Shown here piece by piece: positions 62,347-64,000 of a stretch of DNA of 64,000 nt (the stretch's first letter is position 1; every line of letters begins with the position of its first letter). A program made the translations under genes and the position numbers. The notes beneath the pieces were generated by a model, which was not told the DNA's origin, did not search any database, and saw only the letters and a program-made list of their open reading frames with translations. This DNA comes from Candidatus Omnitrophota bacterium (GTDB lineage Bacteria > Omnitrophota > Gorgyraeia > Tantalellales > Tantalellaceae), in contig WJMG01000091.1 of assembly GCA_014728075.1 (NCBI GenBank), positions 13,181 through 77,180 of the forward strand, read 5' to 3'.

Positions 62347-63369
62347 ATGAGAAATACAGTCACATCATTTTTGGCCTTTTGCATCTGTTCGGCCGCTTTA
62401 CTTTCCGGTTGTACCCCTGTTAAGGGAAATGAATATTCCCGCACTCTCCCCGTAATGGGGACTTACCTGCAGGTCAAGTTGGGAGATCCCGCCGTGAGCC
62501 GGGAAAAGGCCCTGAACGCAATTGACGAGGCTTTTCGACTCGCTGAATATCTGGAGAAAGTACTGAGCATTTATTATCCCGACAGCGAAGTCAATGTGCT
62601 TAACCGCAGTAAAAGTTTAAACGCTTCCGAGGACCTTTATTCGGTAATATCTATCGCGGAAAAAATAGGCCGGTCGACGGACGGAGGATTCGACATAACC
62701 GTGGCTCCCGTAATGAGGGATTCGGGCCTGTATGCCGCTCTTCCGGAAAAGATACGGGATACTATTCCTGCGGGCTACGGCGGCCTGGGATGGCGTAATG
62801 TGGAAATAGACCGGGCAGGCAGGAAAATAGAGCTCAGGAACGGCGCCTGGGTCGACCTTTCCGGAATAGCCAAAGGATATATAGTTGACAGAATATACGG
62901 CTTGTTCCGTGAAAAGGGGATAAAAGGCGTTCTGGTGAACGCGGGAGGCGACATGTATTGCGGGCCCAGGCCCGGCGGTAAACCCTGGAATATCGGGGTA
63001 AGAGACCCGGGTTCGGGCAGTATAGCTATTGTCCTGAGGATATACGAGGGGGCCGTGGCTACAAGCGGGGACTACGAAAATGTCGTGTTCAATGAGGCTG
63101 CCGGAAGTTATTTTTCCCATATAATAGATCCGGGGTCCGAAGTCCCGCTTATCGAAGCCCCGTCCGGTATAACAGTCATAACGGGTTCCGCCGCGCGGGC
63201 TGACGCTCTGGCCACAGGGATGATGGCTATGGGTCCGGAAAGAGCCGTGCTCCTTGCGGAACTTCAGGATGATGTGGAAGTTCTGGTTATCGATGAAAAG
63301 AACGGGGAAAAGCGGACGGTCTTCTCGAAAGGCGCGGAGAGATATTTCCCGGGGGAATATTTAAAATGA
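62347..63369 (+). CDS. apbE: FAD:protein FMN transferase (ApbE family lipoprotein)
   Basis: A lipobox (LLSGCTP) and the ApbE motifs DLSGIAKGY...VATSGDYEN. Confidence 0.8.
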   Translation: MRNTVTSFLAFCICSAALLSGCTPVKGNEYSRTLPVMGTYLQVKLGDPAVSREKALNAIDEAFRLAEYLEKVLSIYYPDSEVNVLNRSKSLNASEDLYSVISIAEKIGRSTDGGFDITVAPVMRDSGLYAALPEKIRDTIPAGYGGLGWRNVEIDRAGRKIELRNGAWVDLSGIAKGYIVDRIYGLFREKGIKGVLVNAGGDMYCGPRPGGKPWNIGVRDPGSGSIAIVLRIYEGAVATSGDYENVVFNEAAGSYFSHIIDPGSEVPLIEAPSGITVITGSAARADALATGMMAMGPERAVLLAELQDDVEVLVIDEKNGEKRTVFSKGAERYFPGEYLK

Positions 63370-64000
63370 AGGTAATGATCGCTATGTCGGGCGGTGTTGA
63401 TTCCAGCGTGGCCGCCTACGAATTGAAGAAAAAGGGATACGATGTTGTCGGCATGACGATGCGTACCTGGGACGCGGGAGCCGACGCCGGTGAGCGGGAT
63501 GATAAATTCTGTTGTTCCGAAGAAGCCGTAACCAGAGCGGCGGCCGTATGCGCCCGGCTCGGCATGATCCACCGTGTGGTGGACCTGTCCCGTGAATTCG
63601 AGGAGGAGGTCAAATCGTATTTCGCGAAGGAATATTCGGCCGGCAGAACACCAAATCCCTGTATAATATGCAATACCAGGCTCAAGTTCGGGCGTCTTTT
63701 CAGTGAGGCGAAAAAGCTGGGTGCCGAAAAGATAGCTACCGGCCATTTCGCTAGGATCATCGAAAAGCAGGGGGAACACCTGCTCTGTACCGGCGCCGAC
63801 AGCGCAAAAGACCAGTCTTATTTTCTTTACGCGCTTCCCAGGAACATACTTCGCTCGATAGTTTTTCCGCTCGGGGAGATCACGAAAGAAAAGGTCAGGC
63901 GGATCGCCTCCGAGCGGGGATTTGTTTCCGCCGGTACCCCTTCGAGCCAGGATATCTGTTTCGCTCCCGGGAACGGGGGATATAGGAAATATCTTGAGGA
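63366..64000 (+). CDS. mnmA: tRNA-specific 2-thiouridylase (3'-truncated by the window end)
   Basis: MKVMIAMSGGVDSSVAAYELKKKGYDVVGMTM is the PP-loop. The frame is open to the window end. It is absent from the ORF track because no stop lies within the window. Confidence 0.85.
   Translation, partial: MKVMIAMSGGVDSSVAAYELKKKGYDVVGMTMRTWDAGADAGERDDKFCCSEEAVTRAAAVCARLGMIHRVVDLSREFEEEVKSYFAKEYSAGRTPNPCIICNTRLKFGRLFSEAKKLGAEKIATGHFARIIEKQGEHLLCTGADSAKDQSYFLYALPRNILRSIVFPLGEITKEKVRRIASERGFVSAGTPSSQDICFAPGNGGYRKYLE

Noticed and set aside
1-64000. CRISPR arrays, rRNA genes, insertion sequences.
   Set aside because: I found no spaced short direct-repeat array, rRNA-like conserved block or transposase-like ORF on either strand. 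The only tandem repeat noted is the 2 x 15 nt coding repeat at the pnp 3' end.

Overview
This ~64 kb chromosomal segment comes from a moderately GC-rich bacterium; I cannot assign the lineage from sequence alone. Almost all genes lie on the + strand in tightly packed, often overlapping arrays of recognisable housekeeping genes. These are: a DHH/CBS/poly(A)-polymerase family protein, rbfA, a NrnA-like DHH phosphoesterase, truB, ribF, rpsO, pnp, dut, uppP, ftsK, a RodZ-like protein, rimO, pgsA, pgpA, uvrA, a TPR protein with exbB/exbD/tonB-like genes, tRNA-Ala(CGC) on the - strand, two SurA-like parvulins, pdxA, rsmA, gatCAB, an S41 C-terminal-processing peptidase, a YibQ-like deacetylase, tsaD, mgtC, polA, coaE, rho, rpmE, prfA, prmC, murA, rpsP, trmD, rplS, rnhB, a folate one-carbon (C1) cluster (fhs, fchA, folD, a short metF-like gene, panB), a standalone Pta-N-terminal-like protein, apbE, and the 5' end of mnmA. 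The one accessory-looking region is a signalling island between pgpA and uvrA (about 14.6-23.6 kb). It begins with a small excisionase-family HTH gene. That gene leads a translationally coupled operon encoding a PilZ::class-I-SAM-methyltransferase fusion, a 7TM-GAF histidine kinase, a dual-receiver response regulator and a GAF-HD-GYP phosphodiesterase. On the opposite strand lie an XRE-cupin regulator, a CheY-like receiver and a second 7TM histidine kinase with a paralogous sensor. Two blocks inside this island (about 15.15-17.4 kb and about 21.5-22.6 kb) are strikingly AT-rich and use different codons from their GC-rich surroundings. Their junctions fall at protein domain boundaries, which suggests modular horizontal acquisition. 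The PilZ-methyltransferase fusion, a putative c-di-GMP-gated methyltransferase, is the most novel-looking element. Other points of interest are a bactofilin fused to an excisionase-type HTH next to a membrane-anchored HTH protein, and an intergenic motif (AAAATACCTT...) found in at least four places (an incomplete by-eye scan). No CRISPR array, rRNA, transposase or integrase was seen.
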